Positions 31,980 through 41,590 of a stretch of 64,000 nt of DNA are shown piece after piece; positions within the stretch are counted from its first letter, which is position 1, and every line of letters starts with the position of its first letter. This DNA is from Pseudomonadota bacterium. Its GTDB lineage: Bacteria; Pseudomonadota; Gammaproteobacteria; Burkholderiales; Burkholderiaceae_D. Below the pieces are notes generated by a model. It did not search any database. It was not told where the DNA came from and saw only the letters and a list, made by a program, of their open reading frames with translations. The stretch covers positions 6,648 through 70,647 of the forward strand of contig JBFLVV010000011.1 in assembly GCA_040758275.1 (NCBI GenBank), written 5' to 3'. A program made the position numbers and the translations under genes.

Positions 31980-33214
31980 GCCGGCACCGCCTGCGGCGGG
32001 AGGCGCAGTTCCAGTGCGAAGCCGCCCCCTGGCTGCGCCCCGTAGCGCAGTTCGCCGTCCAGGTCAGCCAGCCGTTCACGGATGCCGCGCAGGCCGTTGC
32101 CTTCGACCAGGCCGGACTCGCCGCAGCCGTCATCGTGCACCCGTGCGACCGTCATGCCATCTTCCTCCTGCAGCACGATATCCAGCCGGCGCGCATGCGC
32201 GTGGCGCAGGGCATTGGTGATCGCTTCCTGGATGCAGCGGAACAGGACGTGCGCCACCGGCGCAGGATAGCGGCTGGCAGCCGGGTCGATGCGCACGCTG
32301 ACGGCAACGCCCGGGATCCCATCGCCCAGCAGGCGGATGGCCTCGGCCAGGTCGATGGTCTGGTCCTGCCGGGTGCTGGATACGACATTGCGCACCTGCG
32401 CCAGCAGGGTGCCGCTGGCGTCGCGCGCCGTATGCAGGGCGGGCGGCGTCGCGTCCCTGGCCTGGCGCAGCGCCAGGTCGAGGTGCAGGTTGAGCGCAGT
32501 GAGGTGATGGCCGACGGCGTCGTGCAGGTCGCGCGCGATGCGCAGGCGTTCCGCGCCCCGCACCGTCTCGGCCAGCAGCGACTGGGTGGCGAGCATCTGC
32601 GCGTGGGCCGTCGCCAGCGATTGCCGCATCCGGTGTTCGCGCAGCACCAGGCGGCCGGCGATGAAACCAGCCGCCTTGATCAGTCGCTCCGCCGACACGT
32701 AGGCGAGCAGTGACCAGCGCGGCGGCTGGTTCAGGCGCGTGACGAGGTCCAGTACCAGCAGGGTGTCCACGGCCACGCCGGCCAGGTATTGCAGCACCAG
32801 CATTCCCAGGGCGCGGCGCCAGGGCAGCAGCATGGCCAGGTGGGCACTGGCGAGCACGTGCAGCGGCAGCGAGTCGAGCACCACCGCGCAGGCGACCAGC
32901 AGCGCGAGCAGGATGGTGCGGCGGAGCATCGTGGTCGCCAGGCAGGCCATGGTTGATACCAGCGCGAACAGGACGCAGCCCACGGCCTTCCATGCCGCGA
33001 ACAGCTGGACTGCTTGCGGCACGTCGCGCGGGTGGAGGCTGCCGCGCCAGTCGCCCGTCATGGCGGCCGACAAGAGGCCCAAGGGATTGTGCAGGGAAAT
33101 GCGACTGCTGAGCGCCGCCGCGACATCGAGCCCCCCGAACAGCAGCGCCGCCGCCACGGCGAACATCCAGGGCGGGATGGAAGGAAGCTTGCTGGCGGTC
33201 GGTTCGTGCGTCAT
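31976..33214 (-). CDS. Membrane sensor histidine kinase, HisKA_3 type
   Basis: ERLRIARDLHDAVGHHLT, QEAITNALRHA, DDGCG and GNGLRGIRERL; multiple N-terminal hydrophobic segments; ATGA-type overlap with the regulator. Confidence 0.93.
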   Translation of the reverse strand: MTHEPTASKLPSIPPWMFAVAAALLFGGLDVAAALSSRISLHNPLGLLSAAMTGDWRGSLHPRDVPQAVQLFAAWKAVGCVLFALVSTMACLATTMLRRTILLALLVACAVVLDSLPLHVLASAHLAMLLPWRRALGMLVLQYLAGVAVDTLLVLDLVTRLNQPPRWSLLAYVSAERLIKAAGFIAGRLVLREHRMRQSLATAHAQMLATQSLLAETVRGAERLRIARDLHDAVGHHLTALNLHLDLALRQARDATPPALHTARDASGTLLAQVRNVVSSTRQDQTIDLAEAIRLLGDGIPGVAVSVRIDPAASRYPAPVAHVLFRCIQEAITNALRHAHARRLDIVLQEEDGMTVARVHDDGCGESGLVEGNGLRGIRERLADLDGELRYGAQPGGGFALELRLPPQAVPA

Positions 33215-33280
33215 TGGCGTCGCGGATCGTGGGGGTGTCGCATTCTAGCGGAAGGCCGGGCGTGACCCGGCCGAGGGCGA

Positions 33281-33871
33281 TCAGAAGCTCAATTTCAGGC
33301 CGGCCTGCAGCTGCTGCCGGCGCAGCTTGTAGCCTTCCTCGCGTACGGTGCCGTAATGCTCGAATTCGAGCGTCCCCGCGAGCTGCTCGGTGAACTTGTA
33401 CGCCGCGCCGATGCCGAACATCGGCTTGGTGCCGTCGATCTTGCGGTCGTGCGTGCCGGCGTTGGACATCTCGAAGCGGCTGTGCGCCACGCCCAGCTTG
33501 GCGTGCAGGTCGACCCTGTCGCTCACCGCCACCGTGCCTTTCGCAGCCAGGTAAAGCGCCCGCGCTTGCAGGCGCGGTTCGGTGGCGGTGCCGTACAGGC
33601 GCTTGTCGAATTCATGCTTGCCGGTCGTTCCGGAGAAGCCGGCTTCCACCGCGAAGTAGTCGCTCAGATCGACGCCGCCGTAGAGTTTAATGGGCAGGGG
33701 ATGGTTCTTGCTGCTGAAGCGCTCACCGGCGCTGTTCTCCAGCGTCGATTTCGACTGGCCCGTCGCCACGCCGGCATAGAAGCGGGGGAGGGCGTCTTTT
33801 TCGGCAGCGTGGACGGCAGGAACTGCGATGACGGACAGGGCAAGCGAGCTTGCGAGTGCGTGTTTGATCAT
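33281..33871 (-). CDS. OmpA-like 8-stranded outer membrane beta-barrel protein
   Basis: Signal peptide, FYAGVATG, YFAVEAGF, LHAKLGVA, GIGAAYKF..LEFEHY and terminal GLKLSF. Confidence 0.8.
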   Translation of the reverse strand: MIKHALASSLALSVIAVPAVHAAEKDALPRFYAGVATGQSKSTLENSAGERFSSKNHPLPIKLYGGVDLSDYFAVEAGFSGTTGKHEFDKRLYGTATEPRLQARALYLAAKGTVAVSDRVDLHAKLGVAHSRFEMSNAGTHDRKIDGTKPMFGIGAAYKFTEQLAGTLEFEHYGTVREEGYKLRRQQLQAGLKLSF

Positions 33872-33967
33872 GGATGGCTTTCCGATTCAGGTTGTCCGCT
33901 GCGTCACCGAGATGCAGCGTGTGCCTGGATTGTCGGAGCGCGGCGCGTCCGCCGCATGTGCCATTCG

Positions 33968-35722
33968 TCATGCGTATGTCTGAATGCGGCGCAGGAAGCC
34001 GAGCAGCACCTCGCCCGCCACCTCGGCATCGTCCGCCGTCATCGTCTCCAGCGGATTGTGGCTGATGCCGCCATTCCCGCAGCGGGCGAACAGCATGGCC
34101 ACTTCGGTGATCTTCGCCATCTCCATCGCGTCGTGGCCGGCGCCGGACAGCAGGTCGAAGCGCGGCAGGCCGGCCTCCTCGATGGCGGCGCCGAGCATGT
34201 CCATCAGGCGCGGCGAACAGGGGGCGGCGTCGGCCTCCACCAGCTTCCACAGCTTTTCCCCGATGCCGCGCCGTGCGCAGATGGCGGAGATGCCGGCCAG
34301 GATGTCATCCACCGCGGCCAGACGTTCCGCATCAACGGCCGCCCGGATGTCGAGCGACAGCCGGCACTGCCCGGGAATCACGTTGACCGAACCGGAAGGC
34401 ACCTCGAGCTGGCCGACCGTGCCGACCAGGGAGCCGCGTCCGCTGCAGCGCGCTTCCACCAGCAGCACGATTTCGGCGGCGGCCGCCGCCGCGTCGCGTC
34501 GCATGTCCATGGGCGTGGTGCCGGCATGGCTGGCGACGCCGCCCAGCTCGACCAGGTAGCGCGAGCTGCCCGCGATTGCTGTCACCACGCCGACCGGCAG
34601 GCCGCGCTGCAGCAGCACCGGTCCCTGCTCGATATGGACTTCGACGAAGCCGAGCAGGGAATCCGGGGAGCGGGCAATGGCGGAAATGGCGGATGGACCG
34701 TGGCCGACCGCCTCCAATGCGGAGCGCATCGACACGCCGTCGGCGTCGCGCTGCTCCAGCAGGGCGGCGTCGAAATGCCCGGTGATGGCGCTGCTGCCCA
34801 GGAAGGTGCCGCGATACCGCACCCCTTCCTCTTCCGCGAAACCGACGACTTCCAGATGGAAGGGCAGGCGCTCGCCACGTTCGTTCAGGTACTGCACCAG
34901 CGCGATCGGCAACAGGATGCCGAGCCGGCCGTCGTATTTTCCGCCGTTGCGCACGGTGTCGTAGTGCGAGCCGGTCATCAGGACCCTGGCGTCGGCCTGC
35001 GCCGCCGCGTAGCGCCCGACCACGTTGCCGACCGCGTCGATATGGGTATCCATGCCGGCCGCGCGCATCCACTCGGCCAATTGAGAGGCGGTGCGCAGGT
35101 GCGCCGGCGTCATGTAGGCGCAGGTCAGGCCCTCTTCGGTGTCGCTGATGGCGCCCAGGGTCTCGGCCCAGTCCATTACCCGCGGCCCGAAGCGCAGCTC
35201 CACGGCGAGCAGGGCGTTCAGGCGGATCTCGGCGATGCGGTGCACCTGGCGCAGGCATTCCTGCATCTCGAGGTCGATCCCGTTCTCCAGGCGCCGCGCG
35301 AAGGTGGCGATGATGGCGCTGCGGGTCAGGCCGCGCCCGGTCGGCCCCTTCACCGCGAGGATGAAGGGAAAGCCGAACTTCTCCCCGTACTGCGCGTTCA
35401 GTTCCTGCAGCCGCGCATATTCCTCGGGGCTGCAGCGGTCCAGGCCCGATGCCGCCTGCTCGCCCGTCGACTCCGCCGTGAGTTCGCCTGCGATGGCGGC
35501 CTTGCCGGCCAGTTCCGGGTGGGCGCGCAGCAGCGCCAGCTGCTCGTCGTTCGAGGCCTGCGTGACCACAGTCTGCAAGGCCTGCTTGAGGGCGGCGAGG
35601 CTGGGGAAGGGACGATACGCGGCCGCGCGCTCGGCGATCCATGGCGAGTGCTCGTAGATGCCGCGCAGGGCGTCGACAAAGGCGGCGGGCGGGCAGCTGT
35701 TCAGGTCCGGCAGGGTGGTCAT
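33968..35722 (-). CDS. Bifunctional OHCU decarboxylase (UraD) / allantoate amidohydrolase fusion
   Basis: N-terminal IYEHSPWIA, LLRAHPELAG, YGEKFGFPFILAV; C-terminal GSHYDTV..GGKYDGRLG, EEEG, EVHIEQG, GHDA and ISHNPLE. Confidence 0.92.
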   Translation of the reverse strand: MTTLPDLNSCPPAAFVDALRGIYEHSPWIAERAAAYRPFPSLAALKQALQTVVTQASNDEQLALLRAHPELAGKAAIAGELTAESTGEQAASGLDRCSPEEYARLQELNAQYGEKFGFPFILAVKGPTGRGLTRSAIIATFARRLENGIDLEMQECLRQVHRIAEIRLNALLAVELRFGPRVMDWAETLGAISDTEEGLTCAYMTPAHLRTASQLAEWMRAAGMDTHIDAVGNVVGRYAAAQADARVLMTGSHYDTVRNGGKYDGRLGILLPIALVQYLNERGERLPFHLEVVGFAEEEGVRYRGTFLGSSAITGHFDAALLEQRDADGVSMRSALEAVGHGPSAISAIARSPDSLLGFVEVHIEQGPVLLQRGLPVGVVTAIAGSSRYLVELGGVASHAGTTPMDMRRDAAAAAAEIVLLVEARCSGRGSLVGTVGQLEVPSGSVNVIPGQCRLSLDIRAAVDAERLAAVDDILAGISAICARRGIGEKLWKLVEADAAPCSPRLMDMLGAAIEEAGLPRFDLLSGAGHDAMEMAKITEVAMLFARCGNGGISHNPLETMTADDAEVAGEVLLGFLRRIQTYA

Positions 35723-35809
35723 GTTCAAGATTGCCTCCGTGGAGTCCGGGGATGATAAATCCTGCAACCCTGCCAGCTTATACGCTTGTGCGCATAGCGT
35801 GTATTGCGC

Positions 35810-36748
35810 CTACTTGGCCACCAGGGCGCGCGCGGCGCTGCTGACCTGGTCGCGCAGCCATTTGTGTTCGGACGACTGGTGCACGCGCTGGTGCCACAGC
35901 TGGTAGAAGCGCATGGGCGGGAACTTGATCGGCACCGTGAAGCTTTTCAGGGGCAGGGTGCGTTCGTAGAAGCGGATGAACTGGCGGCCGGTGGTGAGCA
36001 CCAGGTCGCTCTGGGTCAGCATATAGGGAATCACCCCGAAGTAGGGCGACTCGACGGCCACCTTGCGCTGCATGCCCTGGCGGTCCAGGTAAGCGTCGAT
36101 CACGCCGTGGTAGCCGGGCAGCATCTGGGACGGCGCCACGTGCGGCAGCGAGAGGTAATCCTCGACCGTCATGGCGTCGACGGCCGTGCGCCGCGCATAG
36201 GGGCTGTCGGCGCGCATGGTGCAGATGATCGGGTCTTCGAAGAGCTTGGACATGTGCAGGTGGGCCGGCGGCTCGTCCCAGTTGGCGATCACGAGGTCCA
36301 TCTCGCCGTCGGACAGCATGCGCAGGTAGTCCAGGCCCGGGCCCAGGCTGTGGAACACGACCTTGCTGCCGGGCGAGCCGCGGCGCAGCGCCGCCACGAC
36401 GTTCGGCAGGAACTGGGTGTCGAGGTAGTCCGGTGCGGCGATGTGGAAGGTGCGCGTCGCTTCCTCCGGCACGAAGGGCGACTTCTTCACGAACAGGCCC
36501 TCGGCCTCATCCAGGATGCGCTTGGCGGGTTTGAGCAGGGTCTCCCCGTGCTGGGTCGGCACCATGCCGCGCGCGCCGCGTACCAAGAGCGGGTCGCCGG
36601 TCAGTTCGCGCAGTTTGCGCAAGGAGGCCGAGATCGAGGGCTGCGGCTGGTTCAGCTTGAGGGCGACGCGCGAAACGTTCTTCTCCACCAGCAGCAGGTA
36701 GAGGATGCGGATCAGGTGCAGGTCGAGGTGCTGGGGCAGGCTGGACAT
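35810..36748 (-). CDS. LysR family regulator of the urate genes
   Basis: DLHLIRIL..LL.EKNVSRVA.KLNQPQPSISASLRKLRELTGDPLLVR HTH; divergent from puuD. Confidence 0.93.
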   Translation of the reverse strand: MSSLPQHLDLHLIRILYLLLVEKNVSRVALKLNQPQPSISASLRKLRELTGDPLLVRGARGMVPTQHGETLLKPAKRILDEAEGLFVKKSPFVPEEATRTFHIAAPDYLDTQFLPNVVAALRRGSPGSKVVFHSLGPGLDYLRMLSDGEMDLVIANWDEPPAHLHMSKLFEDPIICTMRADSPYARRTAVDAMTVEDYLSLPHVAPSQMLPGYHGVIDAYLDRQGMQRKVAVESPYFGVIPYMLTQSDLVLTTGRQFIRFYERTLPLKSFTVPIKFPPMRFYQLWHQRVHQSSEHKWLRDQVSSAARALVAK

Positions 36749-36765
36749 CGTGCTGGCTTCGCTTT

Positions 36766-36798
36766 GCGTATATCAATCTGGTTATGTCGAATATACGC
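36766..36798. promoter_or_regulatory. Inverted repeat in the LysR/puuD divergent promoter
   Basis: GCGTATAT-N17-ATATACGC, perfect 8-bp arms. A related TATACGC...GCGTGTAT occurs at 35779-35804 upstream of the uraD fusion. Confidence 0.5.
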
Positions 36799-36862
36799 TA
36801 GTTTTCATGTTGCAGAAATTGAAATCACGCTATCGTCGAGGGATACCCATCAAGGAAGCCTT

Positions 36863-38110
36863 ATGGACGCCGTTGTTAACCTTGGATACCTGGGCCCCTA
36901 TGCCCTCGAATGGTTCAACCTGCTCGTGCGCTGGCTGCACATCATCACCGGCATCGCCTGGATCGGCGCTTCCTTCTATTTCGTCTGGCTCGACAACACC
37001 ATCCGCCCGCCGGCACCCGGCTCGGAACTGGCGAAGAAGGGCGTGTCGGGCGAGCTGTGGGCGGTGCATGGGGGCGGCTTCTACAACCCGCAGAAATACC
37101 TGGTGGCGCCCGCCGAGCTGCCCAGGGAACTCCACTGGTTCAAGTGGGAAGCCTATTCGACCTGGCTGTCGGGCTTCGCGCTGCTCGTCATCGTCTATTA
37201 CCTGAACGCCCAGGCCATGATGGTCGACCGCGGCGTGGCGGATCTCTCCAGCTGGCAGGCGATCGGCGTCGGCCTGGGCAGCCTGGTGGTCGGCTGGATC
37301 GTCTACGACCTGCTGTGCCGCTCGCCCCTGGGCAGGCACGACCTGGCCTTCGGCTTCACGATCTTCGCCTTCCTGGTCGCGAGCAGCTATGTGCTCACCC
37401 ACCTGCTCAGCGGCCGCGCCGCCTACCTGCATGTGGGCGCGATGATCGGCACCATGATGGTGGCGAACGTCGCCATGCTGATCATCCCGGGCCAGCGCAA
37501 GATGGTGAACGCCATGCTGGCGGGCGAGAAGCCCGATCCCGTCCACGGCATCAAGGCCAAGCAGCGCAGCGTCCACAATAACTATTTCACCCTGCCGGTG
37601 CTGTTCATCATGATCAGCAACCACTATGCGATGACCTACCGCCACGCATATTCCTGGGCGGTGCTGGCTGCGATCATGGCGGCGGGCGTGCTGATCCGCC
37701 ACTTCTTCAACCTGCGCCACAAGGGCCGTATCGAGTGGCGCTATCCGCTGGCCGGCGTGGCGCTCCTGGCCTGTGTCGCGGTGGCGATCGCACCGAAGGC
37801 GCCTGGACCAGCCGCAGCGGCGGCGCCCGGGATCGACGAGACGGCGCGCTTCGCCCAGGTCCGCACCATCATCGACCAGCGCTGCGTGTCCTGCCACGCC
37901 GCGCACCCGACCCAGCCGGGCTTCGCCACGGCGCCTGCGGGCGTGATGCTGGACACGGCGGAACACGTGAGCCAGAACGCCGCACGCATCTACCAGCAGA
38001 CCGTGCAGATGAAGGCGATGCCGCTGGCGAACCTCACCAACATGACCGATGCCGAACGGGCGCAGGTCGGCGCCTGGTTCGAAGCCGGCGCAAAAACAGG
38101 AAAGCACTGA
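36863..38110 (+). CDS. puuD: Membrane urate hydroxylase with C-terminal cytochrome c domain
   Basis: RWLHIITGIAWIGASFYFVWLD, ELWAVHGGGFY, HWFKWEAY, RSVHNNYFTLPV and C-terminal CVSCH heme motif. Confidence 0.92.
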   Translation: MDAVVNLGYLGPYALEWFNLLVRWLHIITGIAWIGASFYFVWLDNTIRPPAPGSELAKKGVSGELWAVHGGGFYNPQKYLVAPAELPRELHWFKWEAYSTWLSGFALLVIVYYLNAQAMMVDRGVADLSSWQAIGVGLGSLVVGWIVYDLLCRSPLGRHDLAFGFTIFAFLVASSYVLTHLLSGRAAYLHVGAMIGTMMVANVAMLIIPGQRKMVNAMLAGEKPDPVHGIKAKQRSVHNNYFTLPVLFIMISNHYAMTYRHAYSWAVLAAIMAAGVLIRHFFNLRHKGRIEWRYPLAGVALLACVAVAIAPKAPGPAAAAAPGIDETARFAQVRTIIDQRCVSCHAAHPTQPGFATAPAGVMLDTAEHVSQNAARIYQQTVQMKAMPLANLTNMTDAERAQVGAWFEAGAKTGKH

Positions 38111-39349
38111 ATGGACACCCAACTGCAAGCACGCCTGCTGGCCTGGATCGACGCCCACTTCGACGAGGAAGTCGGCTTCCTGCAGCAAGTCATCCGGATC
38201 CCGACCGACACCCCGCCGGGGAACAATGCGCCGCATGCCGAGGCCGTGGCAGGCATGCTGGAGCAGTACGGCTGGACGGCCGAGCGGCATGCCGTGCCCG
38301 CGCAGGCGGTGCGCGACTACGGCATGGAGAGCATCACCAACCTGATCGTGCGGCGCCCCTACGGTGCGGGCGGGCCGACCGTCGCGCTCAATGCCCACGG
38401 CGACGTGGTGCCGCCGGGCGAGGGCTGGACCAGGCCACCCTATGGCGCCGAGATCCATGACGGTGCGATGTATGGCCGCGCCGCCGCCGTCTCGAAGAGC
38501 GATTTCGCCACCTATGTGTTCGCGGTGCGGGCACTCGAAGCCCTCGGCGTGCCGCTCAAGGGCGCGCTCGAGCTGCACTTCACCTATGACGAGGAGTTCG
38601 GCGGCCTGTTAGGCCCGGGCTGGCTGCTGGAACAGAAGCTGACCCGGCCCGACTACGTGATCGCGGCCGGCTTCAGCTACAACATCGTCACCGCCCACAA
38701 CGCCTGCCTGCAGCTGGAGATCACGGTGCACGGCAAGGCCGGGCACGGCGCCATGCCCGAGACGGCGGTCGACGCGCTGCAGGCCGCGACCCGCATCCTG
38801 AACGCCATCTACGGCCAGCTTCCGGAGCTGAAGAAGATCAAGTCCAGGGTCCCGGGCATCGATTCCCCCACCATGCTGGTCGGGCGCATCGATGGCGGCA
38901 CCAATACCAATGTGGTGCCGGGCAAGGTGGTCATGAAGATGGACCGCCGCATGATTCCCGAGGAAGATCCGGTGGCGGTGGAAGCGCAGGTGCGCAGGCT
39001 GATCGAGGAGGCGGTGGCCGGCATGCCCGGCATCCGCCTCGAGATCCGGCGCCTGCTGCTCTCGCATGCGCTGCGGCCCCTGCCAGGTTCGGAACGCCTG
39101 GTGGAGAGCCTGCAGCGCCACGGCCGCGCAGTCCTCGGGGAGGAGATCCCGGCCCAGGGCACGCCGCTGTATGCGGATGCGCGCCTCTATGGCGAGCACG
39201 GCATCCCGGCGGTACTGTATGGCGCCGGCCCGCGCACGGTGCTCGAGGCGAACGCCAAGAAGGCCGACGAGCGCCTGGAGCTCGAGGACCTGCGCAAGGC
39301 CACCAAGGTGGTGGCCTTAACGCTGCTCGACTTCCTCGCCATCGCCTGA
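38111..39349 (+). CDS. M20 (ArgE/DapE-like) family protein with non-canonical metal site
   Basis: NAHGDVVP, YGRAAAVSKSD, YDEEFGG, GKAGHGA..P, GGTNTNVVPG and YGAGP...AKKADE give the M20 fold. Coupled to the puuD stop. Confidence 0.85.
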   Translation: MDTQLQARLLAWIDAHFDEEVGFLQQVIRIPTDTPPGNNAPHAEAVAGMLEQYGWTAERHAVPAQAVRDYGMESITNLIVRRPYGAGGPTVALNAHGDVVPPGEGWTRPPYGAEIHDGAMYGRAAAVSKSDFATYVFAVRALEALGVPLKGALELHFTYDEEFGGLLGPGWLLEQKLTRPDYVIAAGFSYNIVTAHNACLQLEITVHGKAGHGAMPETAVDALQAATRILNAIYGQLPELKKIKSRVPGIDSPTMLVGRIDGGTNTNVVPGKVVMKMDRRMIPEEDPVAVEAQVRRLIEEAVAGMPGIRLEIRRLLLSHALRPLPGSERLVESLQRHGRAVLGEEIPAQGTPLYADARLYGEHGIPAVLYGAGPRTVLEANAKKADERLELEDLRKATKVVALTLLDFLAIA

Positions 39350-41545
39350 TGGCGTGCGCGGGACGATGGCGAACTGCGGCCCGAGACCGTAGTCGGGCTT
39401 GACGCTGCGCGCCATGAACTGACGCCAGGCTTTCCGGCCAGGCTCGCCGAGCGCGTCCACCGCGTAGGCAAGGGCGGGCTGCATGTTGGAAGGGTAGCCG
39501 GCCTCGCTGTCCGAATAGCCGGTCATCTGGCCGGGCTTCACCTTGAGCGCGGCGGCCATCTGCGGACTGTCGCAGGGCAGGCCGAGCGTCTCTTCCGGCA
39601 TGCTGGCGCGGAAGGCCTGTCCAATGCTGGTGTAATAGGGGGCGGATGCGTTATCGCGCACCATCATGGAGTACATGGCGCCGTTCAGCCAGCAGGCGCC
39701 ATTGCCGGTCATGCGCTGCACCGGGAAGTCCGCCTTCCAGCGCAGCAGTTCGCGCGCCTTGTCGAAGCCCAGCTCGGCGACATGGCCGATGGCTGCAGTG
39801 AAAAAATCGTCCTGCCAGGGGGCGAGGCCGCGCTTGTCCTTGTAGACGACGGCGTAGCCGTTCACGATCACGCCCAGAGCATTCGCGTTCCGGTTGTGCG
39901 TATAGTTGCTGTTGTACCAGTCCAGGTTATGGTCGAGGATCTGCAGGAAGTGGCGCTTGAGCGGATGCTCGTCGGGCGTGATGTAGGCCGCCTCTCCCAG
40001 CGTGCGCATGCTCCAGGCCTGGCCGCGCACCTGCTCTGGCTTGAGCAGGCCCTTGCCGTGTTCACGGTAATCCGGATTCGATGCAAACACGTTATACATG
40101 GCCCAGAACTGCAGTTCTTCGAGGTAGAAGTGCTCACCCGTGAGCAGGTAGGGCAGATAGGCAAAGGCCGGCTGGTGGGATATGTCGTGCTTGTTCGGCG
40201 TAACGCAGGCGCTTTTCTGCGCGCATTCCGGGAACTTCTCTCGCTTGCCGGTCGCGGGATTGAACGACTCGGCGGCGCCGATGGCCGTCATGTAGGGGTA
40301 GTCGAGCAGGCTCACCGGCAGGCCGGTGCGGCGGTCGCGGTAGTGCATCGACCAGCTGCCCGCCAGGTCGGCGGTGCCCAGGGTCATCTCGCGGGCGCGC
40401 GGGTCCATGCCAAGCAGGTACATCGCGGCCCATGCCGGCAGCAGGCCGATGTCGGCCCGGCCGCCCGTGGTCGGCATGGCGCGCATGGCCATGCCGACGC
40501 CCATGGGCTCGGTCCTGTCGCCGGTCCACGATGCGTACATCCGCGCCAGCCGCTTCTCGTCGATATGCACCGACTGGTCGTAGTTCGGCAGGGCCTTCGA
40601 CGCGATCAGCTGGCGCGTGTCGTGGCGTACATGCACGGCAGGCACGCCGCCCCACCAGAACTGCTTGCGCCAGCGTGCATGGTGGTAGTGGTTCAACTGC
40701 TCGCGCTTGTAGACCTCGTCCTTCCCGACAGTGATGCGGGCGTCGTAGACGAAGTTCTGCGGGCCCGGCTCCCAGGTCCAGTTGTTCTCCACGGTGACGT
40801 CGACGCGGGCCCGGCCGGCCTGCGGATACCAGCGCAGGGCGAAGCGCGCGGCCAGGTGCGGATGGGCGCGGCCCTCGGCGTCGAGCAGGGGCGTGGACAC
40901 CAGCCATTCGCGCACGAGCGGGCCGTCGAGCCAGAGGGCTGGCTTGTTCTCCAGCAGCGGACGCAGGGTGGCGGCCCAGGTCTTGCCCTTGAAACGCGCC
41001 TCGACCCTGGCGTCCAGCTCCTTGGGGGGCAGCGCGCTGCCCGGCGTCGCGCCCTTGGAGGCGCCGGTCACCAGCCCGATCACGATGGGACGCGAGCCCG
41101 CCAGGCGTTCGAGCACCAGCGACACGACCGCATGCCGCACCGAGCCGTCGGGATGGTGGGCCTTGATGTCGGTTTGCACCGGCAGGGTGCCGCCGTCGGC
41201 AAGCTTCGCCTGCAGCTGCTGGCCGGGCTTGAACTCGCCGACGCCGAAGACCTGTCCGAAGGTGACCGGGACATCGGCCTGGTCGCGCTTGCCGCTGTTC
41301 TCGAAGGAGAGCGTGGCCAGCGCGCCGGGGATCGCAGCTGGGGGCGTGGGTGCGGGGCGTCCGGGCGTGCGGGGCTTATCCGCTTTTGCGGTCGGCCCCG
41401 TCCCGTAACGCAGTTCGATCACGCGCCCGGCATCGAGCCCGCCGCCGGCCGGCAAGCCCTTGGGGGTGTCGGGCAGGAACTGGGCGTGGGCCTCGCACAG
41501 GAGGGCAGTGGACAGGAAGAAGAGAATCAGGCGGGAGATCAGCAT
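39317..41545 (-). CDS. Secreted 742-aa protein of unknown function (possible RIFT-barrel plus alpha/alpha-barrel, lyase-like)
   Basis: Signal peptide ending AHA-Q, Pro-rich linker, VPVTFGQVF and HPDGSVRHAVVS, and aromatic-rich helical C-terminus. GC3-rich codon usage like neighbours. Confidence 0.75.
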   Translation of the reverse strand: MLISRLILFFLSTALLCEAHAQFLPDTPKGLPAGGGLDAGRVIELRYGTGPTAKADKPRTPGRPAPTPPAAIPGALATLSFENSGKRDQADVPVTFGQVFGVGEFKPGQQLQAKLADGGTLPVQTDIKAHHPDGSVRHAVVSLVLERLAGSRPIVIGLVTGASKGATPGSALPPKELDARVEARFKGKTWAATLRPLLENKPALWLDGPLVREWLVSTPLLDAEGRAHPHLAARFALRWYPQAGRARVDVTVENNWTWEPGPQNFVYDARITVGKDEVYKREQLNHYHHARWRKQFWWGGVPAVHVRHDTRQLIASKALPNYDQSVHIDEKRLARMYASWTGDRTEPMGVGMAMRAMPTTGGRADIGLLPAWAAMYLLGMDPRAREMTLGTADLAGSWSMHYRDRRTGLPVSLLDYPYMTAIGAAESFNPATGKREKFPECAQKSACVTPNKHDISHQPAFAYLPYLLTGEHFYLEELQFWAMYNVFASNPDYREHGKGLLKPEQVRGQAWSMRTLGEAAYITPDEHPLKRHFLQILDHNLDWYNSNYTHNRNANALGVIVNGYAVVYKDKRGLAPWQDDFFTAAIGHVAELGFDKARELLRWKADFPVQRMTGNGACWLNGAMYSMMVRDNASAPYYTSIGQAFRASMPEETLGLPCDSPQMAAALKVKPGQMTGYSDSEAGYPSNMQPALAYAVDALGEPGRKAWRQFMARSVKPDYGLGPQFAIVPRTPSGDGEEVEQR

Positions 41546-41566
41546 GGGGAAGAAAACCGTCCAATG

Positions 41567-41590
41567 AAAAAGGGCGCCCTGGGGCGCCCT
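41567..41590 (-). terminator. Rho-independent terminator after the S9 peptidase
   Basis: AGGGCGCC-CTGG-GGCGCCCT stem followed by a T-run on the minus strand (A-run 41567-41571 on plus). Confidence 0.7.

Noticed and set aside
33955-33972. CATGTGCCATTCGTCATG as a NarL-type operator for the beta-barrel gene
   Set aside because: Imperfect palindrome overlapping a stop codon, single occurrence; too weak to call.
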